A stretch of DNA of 64,000 bases from Epiperipatus broadwayi. Lineage: Eukaryota > Animalia > Onychophora. The position numbers were made by a program, and so were the translations under genes. This document shows positions 26,051 to 39,249 of this stretch, piece after piece. Under the pieces are notes generated by a model, which saw only the letters and a program-made list of their open reading frames with translations, searched no databases and was not told the origin of the DNA. Each line of letters starts with the position of its first letter. Position 1 is the first letter of the stretch. The stretch spans positions 15,500,001 through 15,564,000 of the forward strand of contig JAQFVV010000006.1 in NCBI GenBank assembly GCA_028023455.1. Direction: 5' to 3'.

Positions 26051-26147
26051 CATATTTGAAGCCTGTTTATAGTGCTTGCTTAGCCATATTTGAATCCATT
26101 TTATAGTGCTTGCTTAGCCATATTTGAATCCATTTTATAGTGCTTGG
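26051..26147. repeat. Minisatellite, 34-nt unit, about 3 copies
   Basis: CATATTTGAATCCATTTTATAGTGCTTGCTTAGC at 26051, 26085, 26119. Confidence 0.9.
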
Positions 26148-26289
26148 TAGGTAGATGTAATAACCCTCACATCTATCATTTTTATTAGTTATCTACCAAA
26201 AGATAAATCCTTGTACCAAATTTATTATCATCTCACAGCTCAGAAATTGTAAACATTTCCCCTCATTTTTATCAATTAACTTTGCCTCT

Positions 26290-26570
26290 TCCCTATGTTT
26301 GTTTCACACATGCTCTATTCAGCATATATTTTATTATTCCTCTACTTTTAGTAAGTAAATATCCAATCCAGTTCTCCTTAATCATAATTCTCTAAAAGTA
26401 ATAAGCTTATTCCATTTATTCTTTTTAAGTTTTCCATGTACTAATCTTTCCAATTAATCTTCTCCAAATCCATCTTTCTAAAGCCTCAAATTGTGTTTTA
26501 TTTAGTTTTTCTGATTTCATGTATCTCCTCTTACAAAACTACATTAATAATAAGTAATATTTAGCAAGCC
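26290..26570 (-). mobile_element. RTE-like LINE ORF2 C-terminal fragment
   Basis: FEALERWIWRRL resembles the RTE motif LEAFEMWCWRRML. Confidence 0.5.
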
Positions 26571-27439
26571 CTTTTTCTTACATATTCTAATGGGTCATAG
26601 AATAATCTCTTGTTGAAAACTTGTTTGCCCATTGCTGTTCTCTTTCTTTATTTTTACAACCAATTAATTTTATTAAATCAAATAGTTTATTGCTTAGAGA
26701 TTCATAAGTTCGAACACTGGAAGTGTCAGAGATGGGCCCTGGCCCATGGCTATGGGAACTCTAGAATATGGACTATAATTATAATTTTAATTTTTTTCTA
26801 ATCTATTTTTAATGTTTTATTTGCGTTTATTTTCAACCCAACCTTTCTACAACTGCTAATCCAATGTTACATTTTATTAAGATTATAAATAGTCAAAATA
26901 AGAGTCATAGATCATGTGACCCAATTCTCTTAAGCTTGTGAGATATTAAGACTATACTTACTTTACATACTTATTGTCATATTATCAGCAAATGAGATAC
27001 AATAATGCTTCTCTCTTCAATTATAATTGCATCCTCATCTCATTTATATATATATTAAACGGTAGCTATTATAGCCTATGGTCCCCCACAGGATGGAGCT
27101 ACTATCTGTATATCAACAAGACACAAATTAAGCAAATGAAAAAGTAATAAGTTTCAAACAAAAGTATGATTAAAAGCATTAATATATTTAGAACATAAAG
27201 CTGGAAATAATATATTTAATGACCAAACCAATGTGCAATCGTTATAAAACAATTTTAATAGAGGACTTACGCAGTTCTATCGTTAATTTAATTTCTTCCA
27301 GGTTTGTGATGATATTCACTACCAAATGTTTTTGTCTTGTAATCATGTATTGGTTCAATGGTTAAATATGTAATTCTTACTTTTATGTTTGATTTTTTAC
27401 TAAATATATGAAACTTACTGCTTTTTCATTCACTTAATT

Positions 27440-28880
27440 TGGGTGTGATATGAAGCACTGTGACTTCTCTTTATATGGAGTCAGGAATCTCTCGATCACA
27501 ATGCCCAGAGAAACTTGTTTGCCACTTTACCTTCCCTTTCCATTTCCCATGCTAAGCTTTTCCATCTTCTTCTCTATGCTCCATCCATTTCCACAACATA
27601 ATCTTTGTCAACTCCATAGCCTTTATATCTAAATCCCCCTTACCTTTTCCCAAACCCAGCATAAAAACCAATAACCTACTTTATAATCATTTTATTTATA
27701 TTTATTCTTCTACAACTTCATTCTTTGTACCCTTTCTGCTTTCAGACATTTACACTCAATTAACAGATGCCTAATATTTTCTATCCCTTCCGTAAACAAC
27801 TTTCAGACTAAGTCACTCACATTTTTCCATTTCCCTTGTTACTAAAGATCTTGTTCAAGCCTTAAATAGTAAACTACTTCCCTTGCTATTATCATACATT
27901 AATTCTTACCCAATACTTCATTTACTTCTATATATATTTAAATTTTTTACTCTCCATACTAGTTTTTCATTTCTCCAACTCCCTCCCTATTCTTTATTAA
28001 TGCATCTATTCTTCTATCCCATTCTTTACCACTATAACATTCAATAATTCTCCTAACACAATCATCCCACCTTTTGTATAAATATACTGATATAAATTCT
28101 TTATCTAAATCTTCTGCATACCGTACTACTTTTCTCACTCACCTTATTGCTTGCCTTTTACTCGTAACCCAATTAAATACTATTTTGGCTATTCTCTTAT
28201 CGATAAACTGCAATCTACTGAACATTTTCATTTTGCTTTTTGCATCTCTCATGTGAAAATTTGATCATCCCATTTCTTCTTGAATAGCTCCTTCACTGTC
28301 CACACATCTCTAATGCATATCTTTCTATTTTTATTTGTACTTTTTCTAAGTAATCTAATACCTCTGTCAAACACATAACACATCCTTGCCATATGTTAAC
28401 CCTGCTACTGCCATTCCCGTCCATACAATTCTAGCTACATCATATTTATTATATGAAAACAATTTCTTTATCAATTGCTTTCTTTTCTTTGCTTCATTTA
28501 TCAATTTTTTTTCCCTTCATCCAAGCAATTTCTCTGATTACTTAAGATGATTCCCAAATAATTCCTTGTCTTCTCTTTCACCAGTATCAATCATCATTAC
28601 TTTTGATTTTTCCTCACTAAATTTAATCCCCATCTCTTTACCCACCCTTGCACATGTCTCTCCTTTCTGTGCACAAGAAGACAACCGCAAATAAAAAGAC
28701 CCGATAATGTATATACTTCCTTGCCACCTATTAATGGTATCTATATCCCTCCCTCTTCCTAGTCTTTCTATTGCTCTCTTTACAAAAACAAAATAGGTGT
28801 CTTAGGGCATCCTTGCCATGGTCCCATCCCATTTTCAATTTTAACTGATTCTATATTCCCTAATTGATATGTATAGTAAT
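27440..28880 (-). mobile_element. Decayed non-LTR retrotransposon (RT domain to 3' UTR); second 3' copy at 44150-44700 on +
   Basis: QGCP, GKEMGIKFSEEKSKVM, VARIVWTGMAVAGLTYGKDVLC; DNSK.SSLLFKA...CKLC...E...HLL zinc-knuckle in ORF 44172-44414; the 3' UTRs of the two copies align. Confidence 0.7.
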
Positions 28881-30365
28881 TATTTTGCACAATATACTAT
28901 TTTTTGAGCAGAATGCTGAAAGTTTTATAAAAATTTAAAGTAAAGTAAAAGTTGATATTAAAATGCCAAAATGATTAGTGAAATCTTAATTTCTTGATCA
29001 CATGATCATTATTATGTTTCTATAAGTTATTGAAGAAAAAAAAAAAATCACTCAGCATATTTAATAGTGACAAAAGTCAGATAGTTTGCTATTTATTTTA
29101 TTTTAAAAATAAAAATATGATAATTTTTTATTTCTTACTGCTTCAGTGTATGCATGAGTGAACACACAAAATATATGTCGCCTCAATTTATTATTAATAT
29201 ATATTATTTTAATTTATACATGTGTACTATACAAATAAAAAAGTATCTCTTGTATATATGTAATGTGTATTAAAATGCACTATGTACTTGTAGTTCAATA
29301 TCCAATACTTTTGTAATCTAATCAGTATTTATCAAAAAGTATAAGCAATTATATGCTTTATAAGTTTGTAGGTGAGGGGAGGTTAGAACAAAATATAGCA
29401 GCAACTCTACTGTATTTTACTTTATAAATAAATAAAATAACGTTTTAAATTTGATATTAAGAATAAGTGCTAAAATGATAGCAATTTAATGAACTTTATC
29501 AATTACCAAAAAATACCCAGAAAGAGGCCACATGTGAGATGAATGGATGAAATAAGAAAGTGTGTAGGGGTGATGTGAAGAGAAGCTAAAGATGGATTGA
29601 ACTTGGAGAGACCTTCATCCTGCAGTGGATTGATAATGGTTGTTGATGATGATGATCAATTACCAAATTTCCAATAATTTTACTTTTTGACCTAGGATTT
29701 AACTAAAATGGCATCTCTTGAAGTGTGCCAAGATTCGTTTGAAGAAAAAAAAATCAATAAACTTGTTAACTTTTGTCAGCTAAAAACACTCTTTTTGATC
29801 AGGGAGGGAATAGTGGCGGCTTTAATCAGTGCTTGTTATCAAGAATGGATTTTAAAGATTTATACAATAATTTGCTTTTACAGAATAATTTTGGAAGTCA
29901 TCCCCCCTCCACCTAATTTTAATGTATATGTGTAGGCCAGTAATTTCACATTTATATATAAAAGAGAAGATATAACAGTTTTTAAATATTACCTACCAGT
30001 AATGAGATAGCTAGTTGGATATAACTAATTAACCTAAAAGAAAATTCTAAGTTTGATTAGAATCTGAAAAAAATTACTCAGCTAGAATTCAAATCTCAAG
30101 TCGTAGGCCTATCACTTATATATATATGTCTCTGTGTACAAATGTTATACACATGTAACAAGTTTCAAAATTGAAATTATTACATTTTAAAAATTAAATT
30201 TAAGTATATTTTTTTCTAATAAAGTAAAACTAAAGATAAAAATACTGAAATTTTATTTGCATTAAATTTATACATTTTACAGTGATTGAAATTTACTTTG
30301 TTTTAGGTAATTTGTATTCGAATCCTAAACCATAATCAAAATCATTTTAATTTAATATTTGTTTA

Positions 30366-30654
30366 TGTCACGAGGTGGCACTTTAGCAGTTTCTATAGGA
30401 ATTTTTATATCGGTAATTATTTTTCTCCTTTTTTTAATATTAAATCTTGCTTGTCTTCAATTCTGTTGCCGCCGGCGTGATCTTTTTTATTACTGCAACT
30501 AATTGAAAAAGGTATAAATAGAAGAAGGATGTTACGGTTGCATCTGTATTAAAACACTGGAATGACTTCAATCTGTCGGTTATGACTGACATGTTGATAA
30601 ATAAACGCTAAGCTATTTATTATAAATCTTTACAACAACAAGATATATATAACA
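30366..30654 (+). mobile_element. Possible solo LTR
   Basis: TGTCAC start, internal TATAAA then AATAAA, ATAACA end; no TSD found. Confidence 0.3.
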
Positions 30655-31267
30655 GAAAACAAAATATACAATTATCATTTTTAATCACTATTATCAGTAC
30701 ACTGAAGGATGGAAATGTTTTCAATTTAATCCAGTTTCTCTGATCTCGAGCCTCTTTTCCACATCATACAAGCAAATTTTCCTTCCACTTCACATATGGC
30801 CTTTTTCTAGATCCCTTACAATATCTTGCGATCTGGTTTAAGACTTTAACTGTTATCATTTCTTCTAGCAATATGTCCTGCCCAACTCCACAATCTCTTG
30901 ATTTTGTTCAATGCTGTTAGTAATACCTGTTTGTTCTCACACACCTGCATTTCGTTTTCGATCTCTTCTTGTTACGCTTAAGATATATCTTACAAATACT
31001 TTGCATCTGAAATATTGCTCTTCTGTTAAGTGTTCAAGTCTTAGATCCATATAAGAATAACTAGTAAAACATTTAAAAATCTTCCTTTTAAACTCATAGA
31101 CATATTTCCTTTTAATATTAAGTTCATCTAAGATTAATTCTATAAATTAATTTTATTTATTATGAACATCTGCATTAATTTGACCAAGGAAACTACTTTT
31201 AATTCAGCATTATCTCTCTTTATTTTTTATCTTTTAAGAAAATTAACAACATTATTTTAGTCTTTAG

Positions 31268-34200
31268 TCATCATCGTCAATCATTATCAATCATTGCATA
31301 ATGAAGGTCTCTAAGTTCAATTCGTCTTCTGCAATCTCTAGCTTCTCTTCTTCACATCACCCTTACACACTTTCTTTATTTCATCCATCCATTTCACATG
31401 TGTGGACTCATTCTGGGTCTTTTATAATCTCTTGGAATCCAGTGTAAGATTTCAATTGTCCATCTATTCTAGCAATATATCTAGCCCAACTCCACTCAGT
31501 CTTTTAATTTTTTTAATGATATCAGTAAGAACATTGTTTTCTTATTGATGTATTGCATTTTTGATCTCTTCTTTGTTATTCCTATCTCTTCATACTTCTT
31601 TGAGTGATTTGAAGTCTCTGTATTGGTCTTCTATTTAGTGTCCAAGTCTCAGAACTGGTAAAACACATTTATTAAAAACCTTTTGTTTCAAACACAGGCA
31701 TTTTTTTTTTTAATATTAAGTTATTTCTACCAAAAACATTCCAAACAATTTCATTCATTCTGTTTCCATCTGTAGTAATAATCTGACCAAAGTATTTGTA
31801 ATTGTTAACTTCTTCTAAATCATCATAATCAATCCTTATTTTCATCTTTTGAAAAAATCCATTTAACATTACTTTAGTTTTTTTAACATTTATCTTTAGT
31901 CCTACTTTCTTACTTTTATCTGGTAATTCTTGCAACATTTTCTGAAGCACTATTTGCAAAAACTACTACAACATCTGCAAAATCTAAATGACTTAAATAA
32001 TCTCCATTTATTTTAACTCCTTTAGTTTACCATTTTAATTCACAAAATAGTTCTGGCAGCACTGCTGTAAAAAGTTTTGGAGATATGAAGTCATCCTGTG
32101 TTACACCTTTCTTGAAGTTAACCTTCCTAGTATTATTATGTAATCTAATTGTTTCTGTTGTATTCTTATACTTTAGAATATGACAATATTCTGGGTCTAT
32201 ACCTTGATGATTCAATGCTTTAATCACTGAATAAATGCTTATAGAATCAAATGCCTTTTCATAATTTACAAATCCAAAGCATAGTGGCAACTCATATTCA
32301 TTGTTCCTTTTTATAACTTTCTCTCAATACTTGGATATGATCTACTGTATTAAAACCACTTTTAAATCCAGCTTGTTCTTTTGGTTGGTTGAAATCCAAT
32401 GTTCTCTGTAGACTTAGTAAAAAATTTGTATAAAACTGATAAAAGACTGATCTGTAGTTTTTAATATCTTTTTCATCACCATTTTTAAATATTAAATTGC
32501 ATTCTTCCATTAATCTGGTAGGTACATCTTTATCATTTAGACATTTGGTATATAATTTTGCCAAAAAAAATTTCTATTTCCTTACCTATATAATGAATAT
32601 TATTTTATATAGCACTATGTTTTTTATGTAATAGTAATATTAGCGATTAAGCCAATGCACTTTTAAAGATAAATTATAAATGAATACTCCATTTTTCCAG
32701 ACACGAGATATAGTATTTTAGAAAGAATGGAATGAATCCATCCATTCTTTCGACCCAAACATTTATGTATGGGCAAATCTTAAGTGTGTGGAAATAAGAG
32801 CGTGAAGGTGTTATACGATCACTTTAAATTACATTTGTTATGTTTGAACGAATGACACTTGTGAAATCTTTACAATTTACAAACCATCATTCTTTAGTTG
32901 AAATTAAACATATATAATAAGATATTATTTTATATAGCGCTATATTTTGTATGTAATAGTAATATTAGTGATTAAGCCAATACACATGCACTTTTAAAGA
33001 TAAATGACAGTTCGTAAATTGTAAAGATTTCACAAGTGTCATTCGTTCAAACATAACAAATGCAATTTAAAGTGATCGTGTATCACCTTCACGCTCTTAT
33101 TTCCACACACTTAAGATTTGCCCATACATAAATGTTTGGGTCGAAAGAATGGGTGGATTCATTCCATTCTTTCTAAAATACTATATCTCATGTCTGGAAA
33201 AATTGAGTATTTATTTATAATTTATCTTTAAAAGCGCATGTGCATTGGCTTAATCGCTAATATTTCCTTACCTGTTTCTTTTAATATATCGATTATAATT
33301 CCATCATTACCCAGAGCTTTTCCCATTCATAAATTTTAAGTGCATGTTTCACTTCATTTAAAATCCTGGGCAATTTAGAAGATATAATAGATGTAGGAGG
33401 TACTTGTTCTTTATTACTATATAATTCTTGATAGAAACTTCTACCCATTTCATGATGTCATCTCTCTTTTTAGTAATAGTTCCATCTTGTTTTCTTATTG
33501 CAGATATGTTTCCTACCAATACCAAAATATTGTTTTATATTCTTGAGACTTTTATTCATTTTTATAGCTTTCCTTGTTCATTCACAATTATACTTTATTA
33601 TATTATCATTAATTTTTTTTACACCATTTTACAAAATTCGAGACAATCAGTTCTTAAATGCATCATTTTTATATATTTTCATATTCCTTCTTTTCTTCAT
33701 AAATTCTTTAGTCTCAGTAGAAATTTTATTGGTCAATTGCTGCTTTTTTTTACCAGCTATCTTTGTTGCAGTTTTTAAAGGTGTATCAGTTATGTTTCTA
33801 TTAATTTCATTCAAATCCTGAATCATGTTCAAAATTTGCTAATACAATACTTGAAACCGATTTGTAAGTTCTAATTTAAATTCATTAGAGTATTTCTGAA
33901 GATTAGGAATATCAACTGTAAAAATTGTTTTTCTTAATAATTTTTTGTCTCTCTACTTTTGCATTAACACGTATCTTACTACTCGATGATCACTTCCTGT
34001 GTTGAATTGATTAAGGACATTGCAATCTTGAAATATGTGTTACCTGTTAATCAACATATACTCCAATTCTGCTGTACCTTCATTTGAATGTGTCCATGTC
34101 CATTTTAACATTTTTCTCAAGTTTTTCTTTTTCTGCAAACTCCACAAGTCTATGTTCTCTCTCATTTTTATTACCATAATTAAATTTATATACAGCACTT

Positions 34201-34640
34201 TCATTTGTGTGCCAAATCTAACATTAAAATCTCTCATAACAATTATCAGATTAAAAGCCTTTTGTACATCCATATAAAAACCTACTACTTCATCACTATG
34301 AGAACTTGTTGGGGCATAAACTTAAATTATCTGTATTTGGTATCTGCTATTAAGTTGTTTAACTAATCTTGCCACTCTGTCCGATCCACCATCAATCTCC
34401 ACAATGTGGTTTTCCACTTTTTATTTATAATAAATCCTACTCCACTTGTATTTCCAATATTTGTGCCTTTGTAGTAGAATGCATGTCCATTTTTTAAATC
34501 AATTGTCTCTTTACCTTTTCCTTTAACTTCATAAAGTCCAATATTGTCCCATTTAATATAAAATAGTTCTTCCAATACTTAAAATCTTCCTTCACTTGAA
34601 AGTGATCTGCAGTTGTAAATACATAAATAAAAAGTTGGCA
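31268..34640 (-). mobile_element. Near full-length decayed RTE-clade LINE (APE endonuclease plus RT), interrupted at 32588-33260
   Basis: IKWDNIGL.EV...GHAFYYKG...GVGFII (APE); IIVMRDFN; KWTW; QPKEQAGF; YEKAFDS; KGV.Q.D.ISPKLF; VGLKINVKKTKVM; 3' (GAT)n tail at about 31268. Confidence 0.9.
32588..33260. mobile_element. Family C insertion: 1.25 monomers on minus joined head-to-head with ~0.8 monomer on plus; 9-13 bp TSD
   Basis: TATTTCCTTACCT duplicated at 32575-32587 and 33261-33273; removing the insert restores RTE frame IDILKETGKEIE..AKLYTKC; direct repeat 32597 / 32922 (period 325); inverted arms about 32635-32884 / 33010-33264. Confidence 0.88.
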
Positions 34641-34736
34641 GCCTGGGTTCACAATCGGGATTCTTAGCACCCTCCATCTTCGACCACCAACCACTGCTTT
34701 GGCTAATGAGTTTCCAGCCTCCTGAGAATATGGGTT

Positions 34737-34870
34737 ACAAGCCAGAAACTAGTCTGGGGATATTGGATGAGTAGGAATTAGATAGGGATTTTATGCACAA
34801 GCCTTCTAACATCCATTGATTATTCTGGTTTGCACTGAGTGGCAATATATATAGAGAGTTTTGCCTGTTT

Positions 34871-34906
<36 letters not shown>

Positions 34907-35358
34907 CCTGTTTTAATAACAGTTTTGAGCAAACATAAGAAATTGTGATCATGTGATGTTTATTGGCTTAAAACCAATCCTGCTTAATAGGACAGTGGTG
35001 GCTATGATTATTAAAAAACCAAAGACACCAAAATGTATAAGTACTGAACTGAGTTCAGACCTATATGACTATAAGCTAATAATCTTGGATTGAAAATATG
35101 GTATTTTAAGTCTCATAGTTTTGTAGTTAAGTAGAGATAAAAGGTGGCCACTGGGGGGTTGTATTAGATCCTAAGATCTAGTTGCAGTGCTCTCAGATCC
35201 AAGGCTCCTCACTGATGAAGGCCACAAGCCAAAAACTAACTGCGAATATTGGATGAGTAGGCACTAGATGGGAATTTTATGCACAAGCCTTCTTACCTCC
35301 ATTGATTACTCTAGCTTGCACTGAGTGGCAATACGTATAGAGAGTTTTGCCTGTTTTA
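34737..35358 (+). mobile_element. Family B, tandem 1.3 monomers (period 486 nt including a ~36-nt AG-microsatellite duplication)
   Basis: TATTGGATGAGTAGG at 34761 and 35247; the HHR region occurs at both 34737-34760 (partial) and 35205-35245. Confidence 0.88.
35205..35245 (+). ncRNA. Family B hammerhead motif (this copy partly decayed)
   Basis: TCCTCA-CTGATGA-A-GGC(cacaa)GCC-AAAAAC-TAAC-TGCG versus family consensus ...AGAAAC-TAGTC-TGGGGA. Confidence 0.65.
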
Positions 35359-35359
35359 A

Positions 35360-35720
35360 TTATTAAAGTTTCCTTTATTCTCTTTAATTCATTCTTTTCA
35401 CAAAAAATAACCATTGCATTGTCAAACAATATTTTATGACCTGTATTCAATACATCAATATATAAATCTGAGTATATCTATGTTTAACTCTACTTATATG
35501 AACTTTAATTCTTTCATTGAGGCTCAATTTACTCTGACCTATATAAATCTTACTACAACTACAAGGAATCTTATAAATTATACCAGGAATAGATTTACTA
35601 TCAATTGACTGTTTTGAACCATTCAATAAAGAATTCAAATCAAAACCTTTCTTCCATGCAACCTTAATTTCTCCTAACAAATGATTATTCTTATAAATCA
35701 AATATAAATTGATGACTTAA
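35360..35720 (-). mobile_element. PLE GIY-YIG endonuclease remnant
   Basis: PGIIYKIPCSCSKIYIGQSK.SLNERIKVH then (frameshift) NTGHKILFDNAMVI.CEKNELKR-IKETLII. Confidence 0.85.
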
Positions 35721-38700
35721 ATGGTAAAGACATAAACTCTTTATCATAACTAACCATAAATTTTTTTTTATTAGTGTCATGACTATAAATATTATTAAAA
35801 AACCACAACAAAAATTCAATAATGTAACAGTCAGAATTGTGTATCTCGTTAACACACTGCAGAATTCAAACCCCAGACATGAAACTCAACACTCTAGGAG
35901 TTGCCTCCCAGAAATCCCAAATTCGAATCCAAAGTCTCTACTCCACAGCGCCACCTACATGATAACACTTCTGATGCTACTAATAGCATAGTTTATTGCC
36001 AGTGCCGGTGGTCAGGAAGAAGCAAGAGACTATATTAAAATACATCATTAGGTTTGCTAACTAATGACTATGGATGGTACAAAATATATATATATAAAAA
36101 ATAGGATATAGACCAAAGTAATAGTATGGATCGCAGAAAAGAAATAAGTAATATCAAAATGATTATAATTTGAATACTGTTTATTAATTAAACATTATAA
36201 AGATGGCATTGTCTGTATAAGCCAGACCATGCTGTTAACTCATTAAAATATATATTATACATTTGAAATAAATTTAATAAAGTGCCATTTACATTAATAG
36301 CTTGCTAATTTATTTATACTCTCTATACGTCGGGTTAATGCAAGATAATATCATAATAATGTGCTTAAGCAAAAGTACAGTTAGGTGAAGAAAGGCTGAT
36401 TTCAAAATATACGAGGCCTACAGCGAATGTAATAAGTGTTTGCTTAATTCAATTTCATATTTAAATATTTAATAAAAGAACTTATATTGAATTCAAGAAT
36501 GGTGCGGATGAAAGCTCACTGAGCTAGAAGCATGGAAGTGATTAAGATGCGGGCAATTGAATGAAATTTTAAACATTTATAATAAAAGAGATTCGTGGTA
36601 CCAGTGAAGGTTTAATGTACAGAATGGAGTGCTATACATTGAAACCATGCTGCTTTGTAAAATAAAATAAAATGATAAATAAAGTAGATGGGATGTGCCA
36701 TGGGTCTCATGGAAGGTTTCATAACAATCAGTCAGAGTCTGGCATCATATCATGAAACTCAGTGGCTGAGTTACTTAGGCGTAAAATTCCCAGGTATGGC
36801 TCTCTAGTGCATACACTATCTGGAAACCACAAGAAGAAGAGGGACTGGCATTGAGCTGTAAGTCCCTAAAGAAAAACAAAGCAGGTCTTAAAATAACCAG
36901 TACACCTATACTAGTAACACAATATAAAGCATAAACGAATATATAAAAGGGTGATTCTAATTAAGAAAAGGTGCTTAATCAATTCCTAAATAATTTGAAG
37001 ATGGTCCACACATTCTCGATCTCAACTTTTACAGTTCACAAATTATGTTGTAAATACAATAAAATAAGTTATTTTAAAATAAGAAAATGGAAGGGGAATG
37101 CATGATTAAATAGGGATTCATAAGATTATACGTAATGATGCATTTCTTTATATTATATAGTTCGCTTATTAATTTCGCATATATCTCACATTATATAAAA
37201 GATTGGGAAATATATCTTTCTTGAAAGACATAATTATTTAAAAGATTAATAAAATATGAAACAAAGTAGCCTTCGAACAAGCGATTTTATAAGACATTTA
37301 ATAGGGGGTCAGTTATACAATTTATCTGCACTAATATGGTGGCATACTAATAAAAGGGGAAAATTAATTCACTCGTTCGATGACTATCTAAGCACACTAC
37401 CATACTAAAAGACCTTAAAATAAATTAGCAAATAGAAAAATACCAACCCAAGGATAGAGAGAAAAGCACACAAGTTACATTACAGATATTTTATAGAATT
37501 ATGCAGTTTTATAATTAAAAAATTTAAAATTTAGCTAGCATTAAAGGGAAATATACAACACGAGCTCTTGGGTTAACTGAGGTTACCTCATATCAATTGT
37601 GCAGTCTGCACATTTTTGTCTTTTCCGGTTGACTTTAGTTGGAGGCTTTAATGGAAGTTATAAAGCATTGATTTTGATGTGGCAGCTTCTTGGTCCATGA
37701 TCAAATTCGATACACTTCAGCAGCAGTGGCAGCTTACAATAGGTATGGGGCATGTGATGGTATAATGTCGCAGGTTGCCATTTTCCCAAGAAGGAAGAGA
37801 GCCTTATCGCTGGTCCTATTCAGACATCCTACTTTCAATTAGCAAAGTATGGTATCAAAGTATATGAACTTGTTGAAAATTAAGGCAAGTTTGGCCTCTT
37901 GATATATAGTTCCACTAAATTCAGCGACAATAAATTCTCAAAATAATATATTCAACTGAATAAGTTAAAATAATATCTCAGCTAATGGATTAAAGGCAAA
38001 ATATTAAGAACAACATAATATATTTAAAGCAAAGTAGCTCACAATAGATTAGTCTAATTAGAAAAGCATATGCCCTGCAGTGATCAATCTAGAAACAAAA
38101 ATAGATGCAAAAATAAAAGCTGCACTTATCCAAATATCTGAAAACAGATTTTATAATTAAATTTTACTTTTTAAGATATTCAGATTAGAATTTAGTTTTA
38201 ACTTATTTTAATTAAAAATACCTGAGTGGACATCTGTTGTTTATCTTGATGGCAAAATATTTATGCCACTAATTAATGACTTTTACAAAATTTAACTAAG
38301 CCTATTGTTATCTTCCCAACCCTCATTTACTTTTTACATAAAATTTGCCGCGTGATTTTTATAAATCTAAAATCAACAAAATTATTTATTTTTAAATCTA
38401 AATGTTTAAATCTATTTAAAGTTAAATATTATTTGATTAAATGAAAATAAATATTATGACTGTAATATTTCTAAAATAAATAAATTTAAACAAAACGGCC
38501 TTAAATAATGAAACTATTATTTTTATTTAAGTTTTAAAATATATTATCGCAGTATGTGCATAAATACAACTTTTATGACCTACTTTTTAAAATGAATATG
38601 TATACATACTTGCTATTTATAAATTATTAACGTTAGGGTTTTGAAATGGTCTATATCAAGCATTTACACATTCGTGATTTAATTTAGGCGGGATTTCAGC

Positions 38701-39249
38701 ATATAAGTGGCAGTATAGACACTATGATAAATTGAGGTTTAAACTAGGATATGAGAGCAGGAAAGAAGTGAGAGAAGATGAAATGAAGATTTGTAAACCA
38801 AATCTTACTGTCTCATTTTCCCTTATTTATGGATCAAACAAAAAAAAGTGAAAAAAAAAGTGTTACAACAGGTGTCCATTCGTATTTTGAAAAACTTCCA
38901 TTGAAAAAAAAATTTGACAAGAATAATACATTAATAAAATTGGATATGAAGGAAACGAACTTTACTTATATACCTGGATCATGTTTGATAGTTAGGCTAT
39001 TTACCCATCTACCAAATATTTCAAAATTTTATTGTACATAATTATAAGCCTATAAAACGTATTATGTAACTACACTCTATACATTATATTCCTTACACAA
39101 TCATATTTCAATATATTAGGGTCTCCCAAGTTCAGGTCCTTTTCTCTTTTTTTAAATATCTTTTAAATTAACTGTTCCTATATCTTATCTGTCCAGCTTA
39201 TATTCCTGGGACTGGTGGCTGATAGCAGCATCTCAGGGTTAGTGCCTGC

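Noticed and set aside
18380-26147. Short direct repeats as CRISPR-like arrays
   Set aside because: Eukaryotic context; units are contiguous tandem duplications without unique spacers.
36690-36900. Possible HDV-like ribozyme or RTE 5' leader (GGGACT...AGTCCC stem)
   Set aside because: Could not fold a nested double pseudoknot by eye; needs a motif search.
37560-37890. GC-richer segment that might be a host exon
   Set aside because: No frame gave a recognisable protein or consistent splice sites.
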